Part shown: positions 37,620-51,207 of the stretch, in pieces
Layout of the letters: every line of letters begins with the position of its first letter
Position numbering within the stretch: position 1 is the first letter of the stretch
DNA from: Phoronis australis
Taxonomy: Eukaryota; Animalia; Phoronida
Direction of reading: 5' to 3'
NCBI GenBank assembly: GCA_002633005.1
Contig: NMRA01000608.1
Coordinates: forward strand, 29,067 to 93,066
Length of the DNA stretch: 64,000 nucleotides
The notes under the pieces: generated by a model
Told to the model about the DNA's origin: nothing
The model's input: only the letters and a program-made list of their open reading frames with translations
Databases searched by the model: none
Program-made: the position numbers and the translations under genes

Positions 37620-40600
37620 TGTACTGTTTTTGTCTCATGTTTATGCTCTCTGGTTCCCTGCGTGTCGCTAGGTGGTAGAGAAGACACGCAGGAATCATTT
37701 AATTTTCCTCAGGAAATTTTTCTACACCGGCGTTTCTGATTGGCCTGTCGAATTCTCAACACTGGGTAGCGCTTTACGCAAACAAACTGGCATGACTGAT
37801 GGAGGAAGTGTAAAATGATGTGGTCTGTTGTACAGACAAATCGGTGCTTAATTCTTGTTCAATAAATGCGAATCCCGTTGGGGTTGCGCCTTTTTGGAGT
37901 GCATCTTTCTACTGTCGGTGATTTTGTTTACGTTACTGTCCTGTATTCATACACGAAGTGGTTGAAGAACTGCTATGTAAGATGGTCCTGTCTTCAGATG
38001 TGACCTTACTGGACGGCACCCATCTGAATGCACGACAGGGGGATACTAGACCACCCTTGGTCAAATTTTGCTGTTGAGTCACTGGCTCAAAAAATTCTAG
38101 TGCTGCGGAACAAGCAAAAATTAAAGAGCACGCCATTATTTCAACGAGTTTTTCTTCGTGGAAGCAAATCTCACACTGACAGGTTAATTGAAATTGATTT
38201 CAAAACAATCACTGAAACTTTGCCGAACAACAAGGAATTCAATATCCGCTCAAATGGTCGAATTGTGAGAGTGGCCACAGGTGAGGAGGCTGACTCGGGG
38301 AATAAAACAATTCGTGATGCAGAATAGAGGATTTTCGAGGCCAATGTCGATGGTTGGACTAGCAACAAGTCATTGCTCCGTGAACAATTGTTGTCTTCAT
38401 TAAAAGCCCACATCATTGGGGTTGTAGAAACTCATTTACATGTAAATAAATCTATTACTTTGCCCGGCTATTGTTGGTACGGACACAATAGGCAGCTTAT
38501 AAACAAGCGGGCCCCAAGATGTTCAGGTGGGGTGGGATTTTGTTGAAAATGACTTGTTTAAAACATTTAAAATCGATATTGTTGACAAGTCGTGTGATGG
38601 TATATTAGCTTTAAGACTAACTCATATACGCTCAGACTATTGTATAATTGTATTTTGTTGCTACTTACCACCTGAGAATTCTTCAAGGGGTTGTGATCCG
38701 GATAGTTTCTATAGCCATCTATTATGCCAGTTATATTTACATGCAGAAATAGCAGATGACGTTGTTATATGTGGAGATTTTAACTCGAGAGTGGGTAACT
38801 TGAATAATTACATTCCAGATATTGATTGTCAAGTAAATAAACAAGTCGTAATTGATTTAGCTGTAAATAGTCGTGGTAGAAGTTTGATTGACCTTTTATT
38901 CGGCTCTAAAACTTGCATAGTGAATAGCAGGAAAGAGATAAGCAAAGATAACTTCATCTCAATAAGTCATAGAGGATGAGCTGTTGTAGACTACTTTATT
39001 CTCCCCCATGAGTCGCTTCAGTTAAAGTTGAGGTCCATGCTTGTACAGAGGTAGTTTACAAACATCATTTACAGGGAGTCACTGTGTATTGTTATTAGAA
39101 ATTATGCTACACGTTCCAGTGAATATCAGTGACGAAACTGTAGAGGATCACGGTACGGATAACTCCTTTGATATGCGATTTAGAAAGCGGTTTAAATTAA
39201 ATTTTATACTTGGTGAATTCATGGATAATGAAATGTTTAAAAGTGTCATTGTAGAGTTGATTTTAATATTAGAAAATGAGTGTCGAAGACAATATGAAGT
39301 TGATGAGGCTTATGACTCCCTCTGCTAAATTATAAAAACAAATGGAATTGCATTTATAATGTACTCAAAGTTGTAATAAACATGATTAATATCTGAGAAA
39401 AAGATTTAAGGCAAACAGGTCCTTTTGGAATGATGAATTAACGCAACTTTGGAAAAAACGTGGCCAAAAAGAAAAAAGTATTTCTCAAAGAAAAAATACT
39501 AAACGACGAAGGGAGCGACTGTATGAATGATATAAGAACTCTAGATATTACTTTGACAAAAGAGTCTGGTTTTTAAAAAGACAGTATTTGAAAAATAAAT
39601 TAACACTGATTGAAGAATCATGTGAAAATGAACCTAATGTTTTATGGAAGGAACTAAAGAACTTAGGACCTCAGCTCAATAAGAGACATGAAATACTATT
39701 CCCTCAGAAAGATGGGAGGCCAATTTTAGAAATTCGTTTGTGAAAATTCCAATGGCTGAAAGTCAAAACGTTGAGAATTTGAAGAAAGCAATGCAATATT
39801 CTGAACTTTCGGGTCATGTAAAAGAAGCACTGGAAAAAAGTTTTTCGTTTTTAAAGTCTATTCTGTTATTCGCAAATTAAAATCGGGTAAGGCCCCTGGT
39901 ATAGACGGGATCCCATATGAAGTGCTGGGATCTCCAGGGATGATTAATATTTTGGTCTCGCTCTTTCAGAAGGTTTTTGACACTGGAGTTATTCCATCAT
40001 GGTTATGGTATAAAGCGATTATCACCCCTATACCGAAAAGATCAGATAGAGAATTGAATTTACCGTCCAACTATAGTGGCATAAGTCTGCTCTCCATCGT
40101 GAGCAAAGTGTATTGTAATGTACTAAACAGGAGATTAACCGAGTTACTGAATGTCGAACAAAATGGTTTTCGACAAGGGCGGTCTTGCCTTGACCACGTG
40201 TTTACACTCACGTCTATTGTGAGAAATAGGATAGCTTGTAATAGACCTACGTTTGCGGTATTCGTCGATATGGAACGGGCTTTTGACAATTTAGGTAGAA
40301 ACTTTATATTGGAAAAATTAATTAATTAGGTTAGAAAATTCTATCACTCAGAAAAATCGTTGTATGTGTATACCGAAGCCTGTGTACAATTAGGTCAGTC
40401 AAATTATATCAACTGGTTCCCAGTACAATTAGAGGGGTCAGGCAGGGAGATCCATTGTTGCCTACATTGTTTTCAATTTTCGTAAATGATTTAATTAATG
40501 ATTTGATTAATGATTTTAACAGTTGTAGCAAAGGGATCAATTTTTATGGACATAATTTATCCTGTCTCTTTTATGCAGACGACATTGTTATTTTTTTCTG

Positions 40601-41841
40601 GTATTGAGACTTATTTACAGGATTTGCTGAACGTATTGAGCAATTCGTGTGTAAGGTGGCAAATGTCGGCAAATTTTTCCAAAACTGATGTGGTTCATTT
40701 TCGCAAGAGGGGACATGTGAGAACGAGTTTTGAATTCATTTTGTGCGATCGTATTGTGAATTTAAGAGAATGAAGTATCTAGGTGTAACTCTGAATGAGT
40801 TTATGGATTTCAGTTTGACAGCTTAGATACTGGCAGACTCTGCGTCCAGAGCGTTGGGAGCTCTGGTGAGCAAGTAGAAACATATTGGTAACATGGATTT
40901 CAAAAGTTACAGTAAATGTTTTGAAATGTCGGTAGCTTCAATTCTAGAATGTGGATCTGGAATTTGGGGATACTCTCAGTACTCCAAATGCGAAATGATC
41001 AGAACGAGAGCACTACGTATATTTTATGGGTCCACAAGTATGTTGCCAATGCAGTACTTTATGGCGACTCGGGATGGCCAAATTCTCACTACAAACAACA
41101 CGAAAGTATGCTAAGGCTCTGGAATCGTTTAGTTCTAATGGATGAAAGCAGAATTGCAAAAAAGTCTTTTTGTGGGACCTTAAACATCGGAACTCCTGCA
41201 ATTGGTCAAGTTCAATATTTAAAATTATGAAGAAATGCAATTTTTTAGAAAATTTCAGGAACAAGTAAATTTTATCTCTCGAAAACTTCGAAACATTCAG
41301 GTTCCAGTTAGAAGAGTTAAACTGATAAAAATAATCACTGAGAAACCAAAACTGTGCTTATACAGATCTGTTAAGAATGACTATTGCGTAGAAGAGTATT
41401 TACGTCTGCCGGTGTCTCAGAGGTCCGCTATAGCTCGATTGAAAGCAGGTTTTCTACCATTAGAGGTTGAGGTGAGGAATGAACGGATTTGTCGTGTTTG
41501 TAAAAACGGAATTGAAGATGAAGTTCATTTCATCTTCAATTCAATACTCATATTCCACCATTTTTATATGGGATTCTCAAATATTCCAAAATAACTTGAA
41601 AGGTCTAGCGAAATTCATTTAAGACGCTTTGCAGGTTAGAAGTAATTATTTGTTTGTAAACTAGTCTGAAGTGGTCATATTTGAGTGTGCAATATGTTAT
41701 GTCATGGTTTAATTGTTATTAGGCGACTGAGTAAGCCCATTGAGGTTGGAGGTGTGGTGAATATTATGTCTTTGAGATTGTATTTACTGGCACCCTTATG
41801 TCATTATAATAAATAAATAAATAATGATAATAATAATAATA

Positions 41842-41891
<50 letters not shown>

Positions 41892-41920
41892 TCAATATTG
41901 TTAATAATAATAATAATACA
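37620..41920 (+). mobile_element. Near full-length degenerate LINE (ORF1 relic, APE endonuclease, RT, C-terminal Cys motif, (TAA)n tail); RTEX-like
   Basis: IIGVVETHL, CYLPPENS, VVICGDFNSRVG, GKAPGIDGIPYE, EQNGFRQGRSCLDH, FVDMERAFD, RQGDPLLPTLFSIFVND, FYADD, ERICRVCKNGIEDEVHF. Clade and 5' boundary are tentative. Confidence 0.9.
41806..41918 (+). repeat. (TAA)n microsatellite, 3' tail of the LINE
   Basis: taaataaataaa then a long taataataa run. Confidence 0.9.
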
Positions 41921-42236
41921 CTATGAATAACACACCGGTTAAATGGGCCAGATGTGTGTTTATTGTACATGTATGTGCTTCAAACACGCGGCTATTAAAC
42001 ATTACTGCAGAAACAAATTAGTTGCTGCTACACCAATTGCATGACAAAGCTAAAAATCGTTCATAGTCCGCCATTTTTTCTCTTTGGTATAAAGCTAACC
42101 AATGACTGCCGAGGTTACATCAACCAGTGATAAAACGCATGCTACTGAATGATACCTGCGCCGTGTGATCTCTACACGCAGAGAATCAGCGTGATATTGA
42201 TAGTGCATAATTTTTTATTTTTACAATGCCTTAATG

Positions 42237-42382
42237 CATGGGCGGCGCACCATAGGGGGCTGGGGAGCTATAGCCCCCACTATTTTCAGGGCTAGGTCGC
42301 ACATGGTCTATAGGCGGTGCACCACAGGGGGCTGAGGGGCTTTAGCCGCTCCCCCACTTTTTTCAGTGCTGCGCCGCCCATG
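42237..42382. mobile_element. MITE family W, short copy
   Basis: TIR catgggcggcgca / tgcgccgcccatg, perfect 5-bp TSD taatg. Confidence 0.85.
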
Positions 42383-43357
42383 TAATGGTGTTGAATGCAT
42401 TTAGAAGAACTGGCCTCATCTGAGTTGAACAGAAAATAAATTAATTGTAACACTATAAAGTTTCGAAAATAAATAAAGCAATAACAGGACGCCCTAAGAA
42501 TTAAGCTTTTTCGAAAAGCTTTGCACCGTTGGTGATCTGGTTGGTTCATGCACTTACGGCGGGAAAATGATAGACCCAGTTATTGTGCACGTGTGAACTG
42601 TAGCACGTTCTTTATCTTATTTTTATTTGGCCAATCTGTTGATACAGCAAACTTTCTTATGCCCTTTCTGATTTTACCGCAACTTGAGCTTGTTGGGTTC
42701 TACCATATTGGGGTTGGCAAAGGGACCCACATGGTGCTTACTCGAATGGCCTTCATTTTAGCGGCTATTTCAAATTGTATAGGTGAAGTAAATAAACAAA
42801 GTGGATGCTTATCATCCCCGGGATTTCATCGTTAATATTTTTTCCTGGTGCACAAGTTTTCTTTGGCCATGAACTGTCACATTTGTAAGGCAGAAGTGTT
42901 TCGATGAACTTCTAGGTCTGTGGCGTTTTTATACCTGACCAAACTTCAAAAACGGGGCCCTTGTTTTAACCAGGTGTTGAATTGGGTTTAGTTTGTGTAG
43001 ACGTTTCTCTGCGCTGCGAGTTTTTATAAAAATGGGCTTGCCTGTAGCAAACTACGGTAAATTCATAAAAGATTAAGCCTACGTGCAGTGCAACTGAAGC
43101 CTATACAAAGTGAAAATCTGCAATCCAAGCCGCTGGATCTGAGTTGACATCTCACATAAATATCAAAACTATGGAAATGCCACATAAAAGGATTCTATGA
43201 AATTGAAAAAAAAACATGTCAGCGCCACGTCCCCACCACCCCCGTTACCTTGTTTGCTTGTAATGCGATGCAATATCTCACGAGTTTTTGTGCGAGTTTT
43301 CGCGAGGTTACCTTAGCAGAACCAGTCCACTATTTCAGAAAGACCATACTTAGAATC

Positions 43358-43553
43358 CAGGGGCAGATACATGATTTTGAGCTGAGGGGGGGGNNNNNNN
43401 NNNNNNNNNNNNNNNNNNNNNNNNNNNNNNNNNGGGGCAGGGCAGAGTATTAGCCAGGATTTTGCCCGTCAGATATTCGCACCCCGAAACTGCCAAATGT
43501 AATTTGGGAGAATTTTAGGTGGGGGGCCATGGCCCCCTCTAATTCCGCCACTA
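43358..43553. mobile_element. Small GC-rich MITE spanning an N gap, related to 28134-28284
   Basis: ggggggccatggccccctctaattccgccact is the reverse complement of the 28134 terminus; flanks gaatc / gtatc. Confidence 0.6.
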
Positions 43554-44210
43554 GTATCCTTTACGCACAGGACCCTTTTCTTACATTAGCAGTAGGATTG
43601 GTTCATATTATGTTGAGGTAGTAAAGGACTTTGCAAAACCGGTTGAATAATTTTGTTTTTGTCATAAAATGTTTGTTTGTAAGGCATAAGTTTGGAAATA
43701 TTAGGACTTCAAGGCGAAAATTTAAAAACCATTGGTCCGGTTACAAAATTTGACATACTATGAAAACAACCTTCACACATCTTTGCTGTTCCTCTTCCAT
43801 GTTTGCAAAGGCGAAACTCGGGTTAGTTGGTGGTATTTTCGTAGAATATAACAAGTTTCGCTATACAAGTTAGTTAAGAAGGTCTTAACAAGTTCAAATA
43901 TTTTTTTCATTCTGTGTGCGTGCCTAGCGCTGGAGAATTCAATTTTAACAAGAAGTCGGAAGCCGTCTCCATGCGTATCCGCTTCCTGCCTAACGTGGGT
44001 GAGAAAAATACGTTAGAATGATACAAATATCTTCATTCACTGAAGTCATGCAGTGACCCTTCATTGGCGCTTCGAATCATTCGCCACCACGCTTCTTTCG
44101 AAACCCAGGGGAATTGCACTAGATGACGCGCAACCACACGACGTGCCGCTTTTGTCGCCACCGTGAGGCATTGAAGTCCAGCGCCTTCTTTGGGAAACCG
44201 ATGAAAAAAC

Positions 44211-44242
44211 CCAATGACCTCATGAAATATGTGTATATATAC
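44211..44242 (+). promoter_or_regulatory. Candidate CCAAT and TATA elements of gene B
   Basis: CCAATGAC at 44211 and tatatata near 44234-44241, upstream of ATG 44308. Confidence 0.5.
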
Positions 44243-44307
44243 ACTGTAGAGTGTGAAGGATTATAGGTTAGATGTTTTTGAGCTGTTCTGCACAGAAATC
44301 AGCAACA

Positions 44308-44359
44308 ATGCGGTTATTTGTACCACACTTGGTGTTCATGCTTTTGTTCTACAGAAGCG
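44308..44359 (+). CDS. Gene B exon 1 (signal peptide)
   Basis: MRLFVPHLVFMLLFYRS+G then gtgagt; same AGCG|gt end and phase as gene A exon 1; implies a 15.5 kb intron. Confidence 0.65.
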
Positions 44360-47300
44360 GTGAGTACGTTACATTCATAGTTCAATTCGACAAATATCAT
44401 AATAACTAAATCGCTTTGACGTGCTAGGCGAAGAATTCATGAACGGATCTGTAATTAAAAAAAAAACTGTCAAAGGTATCAGCAAACTGAACGCTGGAAA
44501 GCGTCTTGGTGAAAAGTCCATCGGACTCAAAATCATTTGAACCCGTTTGGTAATTGCAAGTTGCTTATATCTTTACGCCTTGTTTGCATACGCGTGTGCA
44601 AATTGAAATCGCGATTAAAAAACGACAGTGTATAACGGGCATATAATCAAGAATCACATCTGCATCTATTTATCATGCAAAAAGGCAAAGTCGCAGCTAC
44701 TTCATTTGTCTCAAACAATTTTATTTTCTCGTGGAGCGATCGGACTTTTCGTAGTCAGGAGAAGGTGTCTTCAGCATGTCTGTCCTGCTCTACCACAACT
44801 GTACTGGACCAACTAGACATTGAGACCGCAGGCAACGATATGATTACGCCCCGTTTCATAACATTAGTGTAATGCCCAAAAACAATATGTCTGGTTCTGG
44901 TCTGTGATTTTTGATGAGGTGATGAGCTAATCTTTAGTTACCGTAGTTTCAAAAAGAAAAAGAGTATGATCCCAGATGATATGTTGGGTGTCCTTTATTC
45001 TTCCCAGCGTCACGTAATACCTAGTGAAATGGGTGAGGATTGTTCTTTTTTGTTTTTAACAAGACTGTCAGCTTTGAGGGAAAAGCTTCAAAATGAGTCG
45101 GACGCAAACCAGAACCAAGTCCGCTATTTTTGCTTCATAAGCGTATTTTTATTTCAAACCAAAGTATGAAAAAGGCGCGTTAAGCGTTTGACCAAACAAT
45201 AAGTTGCAATCAAAACGAAATTTTGTTTTTGGTTTTGTTTGCAAACAAACGTTTCTCAGTATTTTTCGCAAGCTTGACCAGAAATAACTGTTTTCCATCT
45301 GTGTAGGCGTGCATGAGAAAATAAGCGATGAGTTGGTGGCGAAAAGGGTATTTAGCTGAAGCGACGTAAACCACAGAGTAACGTATTACAAAATTAAGAG
45401 TATAGTTGGATTTTCCGTGATTGTTGAAATTTCTGCTCTAGACCCCTACACTGAACAATGTTAATTTGTTGCATTTCCCCTCGTTCCTACACACGAAGCA
45501 TTATCACATAGATTTCTCACAACCAGTTTGGTATTGCTAAGTTTCTGGCACGAACAAGTGGCAACCAATTCGGCAGTGAATTTATCTACATTATTACCTG
45601 AGCCCAAGAATTTACTGTGACGTCATCGGCCAGAAAAGTGATTTTCAGGTCAGCTCCAGCGCGGAATCGGTTTTGCATCCCCCCAGATCACAGTCTAGGG
45701 CGCTGATAAAGCCGACCCAACTGCCCTGTTTATCTGGCTGAGAACGAAAATTGTAAATTAGCCTTTTCTCTCGAAATCTCTCTCATATTATGCATCATGC
45801 AATTCTATTTTCGTTGCCAATAAGAACAGCGAAATCTCCAGCGACTCAAGAAAACGTTTTTGGGTTTAATTGTGGTTGACCGTCCCCAATAAAACTGAAT
45901 GGCGCATGGACACATTGCCTGTGACTTGAGTTGTTTGTCAAAACGGGCTCCTGTCACGGTATGAGACCGATTTTATGAGAGTGAAAGGCCTAATTTGATT
46001 TTCGTTTTTCAGTAAGCTAATCAGGGCGCTGTGCAACTTTAACTGGTAAAGCCACCGATCTTGATTTCAACGAATGTGTGTCAAGAGAATTGACGATTTC
46101 TTATAAAATCACAAAAAACAACGGATTTCGTTGTTTAATAGTTCTGGTCAACGCTACTACTTCCAGAAGTAGTTCCCGTCCTGTATTAATCTCAATAAAA
46201 ATGTCCCTTAACTCGATTGAAGTCCCACAAAAGTTCCAGTGAAAGGGGGCCCACTATGGCGATATTGTGTCACACGTAGCTGTTGTTTGTTACGAAATGA
46301 ATCTTGGCGAAACATCTCATGTGACTCTATACATCTGAAGCAAACAAACCAAGACATCACAGTTAAATTAATAAGACGTCGCCGTCTGCACTGCTGACCA
46401 CCGAGATGGTTTTTGTAAATAATGGTTTCAATATACCCAAGGCTGTTGTGCTGATATACACGTATAAATAGCCATGTGCTGATGCCTAATTATAGATGGT
46501 ACTAAAGTAATATCTTTTTGGAAGCCTGTGTGCAGTCTTGAGCCATTTAATGAAGTCATCTCGCTTGTTTGGGTGTCATGTCTGACAACCACCAACTGGA
46601 CATTGCCTCTTTGTACGTGAATCATTGGAACCAGGAAGACATTACATCTAGCCATGTCTTCCTTGTTGAATGCAAAGGATTTTGAAAAGTCTTATTGCAA
46701 TTGTTCAACAACGAATTCAATAGCTTGTTAAATAATCGGTCACGTGAAGCGTTCTAAAAACAAGGCGGATCCACGTGTTATGTTTAGAATTAATAAGAAT
46801 CCACTTCTACTTGATGTGATGCTATTGTACGAAGAATGCATCTCTGATTGAAGTGTTGTACTTCACATAACAATGTTCTGCCGCTTGTGATTTTGCCGGT
46901 GTTATGATTTATTATGATTTACTGATTGATGATTCTTGCACGAGTTATGATGCTATCTCACTAGTACGCAAAAGTCACCCAGTATTCAATTTTGGTACAT
47001 CTTTACTTTGTGAAACTAAAACATTGATATCGAGCGTTAATATGCGCATTTTTTGATTTCTCAACATAACACGACATTTTCGTATCTACACAAAAAATTA
47101 TCAAATGTAAAACAGTGGGTTTTATTTTTTCCTGCAATGGGAATAGGTACAGTTGTTGCAAAGCTTCAAATGATTCACTTTTCGTTTCATTGCAACTGGG
47201 TTTTTATAGCGCTTGTGGTGACCAGAAGGCACTGACATTCTGTTGATACATGGTATCAAGATTTCTGAGAGTAAAGTGCACATTTCCGAGATGAAGGCGT

Positions 47301-47384
47301 CGTTCAAGTGGTTTGATCATAAATGAGAACAGTGCGTTCGTTTAAAGGGGCATCATCCGCCAAAACAAAGATCTCCTGAGATCA

Positions 47385-47454
47385 GTCAGAACGGGGAATC
47401 GAACATGGAACCCCGAGGTCACAGCCTGACGCTCCGCTGCCTGGGCTAATTGCC
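47385..47454 (-). repeat. tRNA-derived SINE head or tRNA pseudogene
   Basis: tagcccaggcagcgg (A-box-like) ... gttcgattcccc (B box); acceptor stem does not pair. Confidence 0.4.
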
Positions 47455-48557
47455 TCTCTATAACAAGTTGGTTCAGGCGTCAGGGTTAAACCGTGGCAAC
47501 CGACATACGCGTGGGGCTGAAGACAATAGAGAAAAGAAAGACTGCGAAATACGGATAAGAGAGAAAATTCTAAGAGAACATTTAACAACATTGCATGGTT
47601 TAACTTTTGAGGACCCTGGTCAGGACATTGTTAGGGTCTCTGCTTTTGCAGCACAGGTCGTCTAAACGCACTTGAAAATGTGCACGTAATCATTCATACT
47701 TGTACATATATTTCGAAAAATCGCGAAAATTTGTAAAGCGAAGCTCTTGCAGAGCATACTAATTTATCGGACTTTTAAATTCAATAAATCAGTTTAAAAC
47801 TTTTGCATTCGCAAAATTATATTTTCCAGAGGCCCCTCTCTGGCAAGGGATAACGGAGACAACATTCGCTTTATTTTTTGTCGAAAGTGTATATCACTTG
47901 AGAAAAATTGATAACCTGTCAGATAACATCAATTGCTGCACACTTCCTTGAAGGAGGGCATTGATGATATTCAAGTGGCCACCATTTTTGTGGTTTTTTT
48001 TTTGACAAATTCTAATGGGGCCGCGCACGGAGAGAAGGCCTAATGTTGGAATTGATTACCTCCAAAGCTGCTTTTTGTGAAATCGTGCAATCGGCTTTCA
48101 TGTTGAAGGTCACTTCCTGCATCGTTTTGTGACAACACGACAGTAGAATGAACTGTCAATCGTTTTCCAAGCTTAATGACGTTTAGCCTTTCATCTTAAG
48201 GTGTCCCCATTTCAGATGGGACCCTCTCTCGGTGAAGCAGTTCGTGGGAAATGTCCCTTTGTCCCTCTATACATGTAAATCCGACACTGCCAAGTATTCA
48301 CGAGGGAATTTGAGATTCCAAATTCATCAAAAATACAAAACATTTGTGCCCAGCACAGCAGTATCAAGACATTTGACTCAAACAACCAAAAATGTGAGCA
48401 AAATAGATTGACCGTCATCAAAAGGGTGGAAATTGAAGAAAGTGAAGACCACTATTTGTAAATTACACAAAAGGACTTTTTCAAATGGTTAGTTGTAAGA
48501 TAATGTTACTGTTTCCCATAATATCACAAGAATAGTATTGCTTTTGAAAGTGGTTAC

Positions 48558-48821
48558 CATGCGTGCATCCAGCCTAAAATACATGGGGCTCGAATTTTTG
48601 AGAATGTGGACCTTTTACTAAAAAAACGGGGATTAAGAAAAAACGGGGTTCTACGATCAGAGTTATGAATTGAGCCATCCCGCCGAATTTCTGCCTTTTG
48701 CCTTTTTAGTGGACTTTTATCTCGTTTTTCTCGGACTTTTCGTTTCTCTGAGGCGGACCGTTTTGCCCACTTCGCCAAATGGAGGGAGGGGCTCGTGCGA
48801 GTCCCCCTGGGTGTGTGCATG
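48558..48821. mobile_element. MITE family Z
   Basis: catgcgtgcatccag / ctgggtgtgtgcatg; flanks gttac / attac; absent from family Y copy 1. Confidence 0.8.
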
Positions 48822-49904
48822 ATTACTATGATTTGTTTGTAAGGAATTTCCACATGTGGAAAACACTGCTGTCAATGTTACCATTTCTGGTGACCGCGTA
48901 CATGTCGAAAGGGGGTACTCAAAGAACTCTCTCAATCACAAACGATTAACCTCGTGAACCGTTATAGGTACATAAACCTCTGAGATGAGCAAAAATACAC
49001 CTTAATACGAATGTCCCCATCTCCCATGTTCCCCGGTTACCCGTCAAAAATCTGCGAGCATGATTACGGAAATTGCTTGTAACATTTCGTTTTGATAAAC
49101 AAATTCGTTGGTCTCTATTTTACTTATTTATGTATCTACAAAAATCGATAGATTCATAGATGGTTTTTGACAATTTGAAGCTAATCTTCTAAGAAATGAT
49201 GATATTTCAGTGAACTTAATTGCAGCCTGAAGTTGTAAAAACTGTAATCCGATCCCCAAATAGTAAAGTACACTTAGAAGATTTTTGCCTATCTAAAATA
49301 ACTGTTAAAGACATTGATGGAATTCAGACTCACAAACCGTAGATCGAAAAAAGTTTTAAAAATCCTCAAATAAGTAAAATTGAAAATTAAACCCATTGCT
49401 TGTAAAGGTTGTCTTTGTACTTCCTTTTCTCGCACTATTGAGCAACGGATTTTTGTTCTTCAAAACTGAATTGTTTGCTTGCCTGATTCCCGTGCACGTC
49501 ATGACTGACGCACCCACGTTAAAAATAAGACATAACCCTGCAGTAGATCAGCGCAGAATCTCAGGGATCCACGGGAACTGAACTTCAGGCGTTGAAGTGT
49601 GTACATTTTTGGGAAACACTCTGTATCATTTTCCCCTATCACCAGAAACTGGACTGCCGGTCGTGTTTCAACAATAGATTTCGAAACAGCCCTAAAGGCA
49701 CTATACCAGGGGCCCTATACCTCACCTTGTCAAAAAACTCTTTCAAAGAATGACCATAATAAAATTAAATTTTCCCGATGCTGGATCACAATAAAACGAA
49801 TCTTGACCTTAGAGCCAGTGCGGACGACGGCCAGCACGGGCTGCCTTTCTCAAATGAATCATAGCTAAGCTGACCAGCAATATTAGCTTTAGTTCATCGG
49901 GAAT

Positions 49905-51207
49905 AGCGGATTTGCAGCGCAGACGAACTACGCATTGCGCATGTGCGAGTTACTTCCTTCGCGAAGGCTCATGGGATAGCTTGTGGTCAGGCATGTCTTG
50001 AGCAGGCTGGATAGTGTGTGCATTTGGAGTGATTTGCAAACTAAAAACCATGTTTCATTTTTTGCTTTATAATNNNNNNNNNNNNNNNNNNNNNNNNNNN
50101 NNNNNNNNNNNNNNNNNNNNNNNNNNNNNNNNNNNNNNNNNNNNNNNNNNNNNNNNNNNNNNNNNNNNNNNNNNNNNNNNNNNNNNNNNNNNNNNNNNNN
50201 NNNNNNNNNNNNNNNNNNNNNNNNNNNNNNNNNNNNNNNNNNNNNNNNNNNNNNNNNNNNNNNNNNNNNNNNNNNNNNNNNNNNNNNNNNNNNNNNNNNN
50301 NNNNNNNNNNNNNNNNNNNNNNNNNNNNNNNNNNNNNNNNNNNNNNNNNNNNNNNNNNNNNNNNNNNNNNNNNNNNNNNNNNNNNNNNNNNNNNNNNNNN
50401 NNNNNNNNNNNNNNNNNNNNNNNNNNNNNNNNNCATGTTGACGAATAAAAAGTCCAAGGGACACACATCTTACAAGTTTCACCCGATACCTTCTCATGCT
50501 ATTTTACAAGTGTCGCGCGCTAGCGTCACGCGCTTCGCTCAGTCTAACCTTGCGCCTAACTCACGGGATTCAGTTGACATGCTTTGTAGTTATCGCGCAC
50601 GCGGTGATAAAATTAACGGCAACCAAAAAAGTGGAGTTGTAATTCTTCGCCAAAGTCAACTTAATTGTCACAACTAAGCTTCATTAAAGATATGTATAGA
50701 AGTAGAAAGGACCAATGATGAAAGTAAGCGTTTTTTAAATGATAGTTTTAAGTGTAGAGTGTATTTTTGACGAGGTGAAAACTCGAAATCGGTAACCCAA
50801 ATCCGGTCACGGCCCGTTTAAAATACACTGGAGTAACGAAATGAGTACAGAAAGCGAATGGAAGTATTGTAGCCCCTACATGGCCAACCGAGGGGCTACG
50901 TGTTGCCTACTAGATGGCCCCGCGTTCGTTTGAATGCGCTAAATTTCCCCTTACTCCCAGGTCTCCTAATGTTGTTTATCCATTTTTCACAAAGTTCTTG
51001 GTTTGCAGGGAACACATACAAACTCAGATTTTTATCTCTCTTGTTGTTTTTGAAGCAGCCAGGAACACAAGTGTATCCGCCGTAAGTTTTCTTCGCGCTC
51101 ATACCGCGTTTTATGCTTGTTACTATGGCCGCTTTCGGAATCCTGACCACAGCACCCACAATGCACCATTTTAACTAATTTCAATATGGCGTCGCTGCAA
51201 ATCCGCT
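49905..51207 (-). mobile_element. ISL2EU-like (PHIS group) DNA transposon derivative with THAP domain; contains an N gap
   Basis: Perfect 15-bp TIR agcggatttgcagcg, AT duplication, empty site visible near 3620; ORF 50896..51159 TCVPGCFKNN...LYVFPANQELCEKWINNIRR is THAP-like. Confidence 0.75.

Noticed and set aside
41764-41970. Poly-Leu/Tyr membrane-like ORF
   Set aside because: It is the antisense translation of the (TAA)n tail.
47385-47454. Functional tRNA gene
   Set aside because: Box-like motifs are present but the acceptor stem cannot form; kept only as a SINE-like relic.
49928-50497. Several long ORFs
   Set aside because: Artefacts of reading through the N gap.
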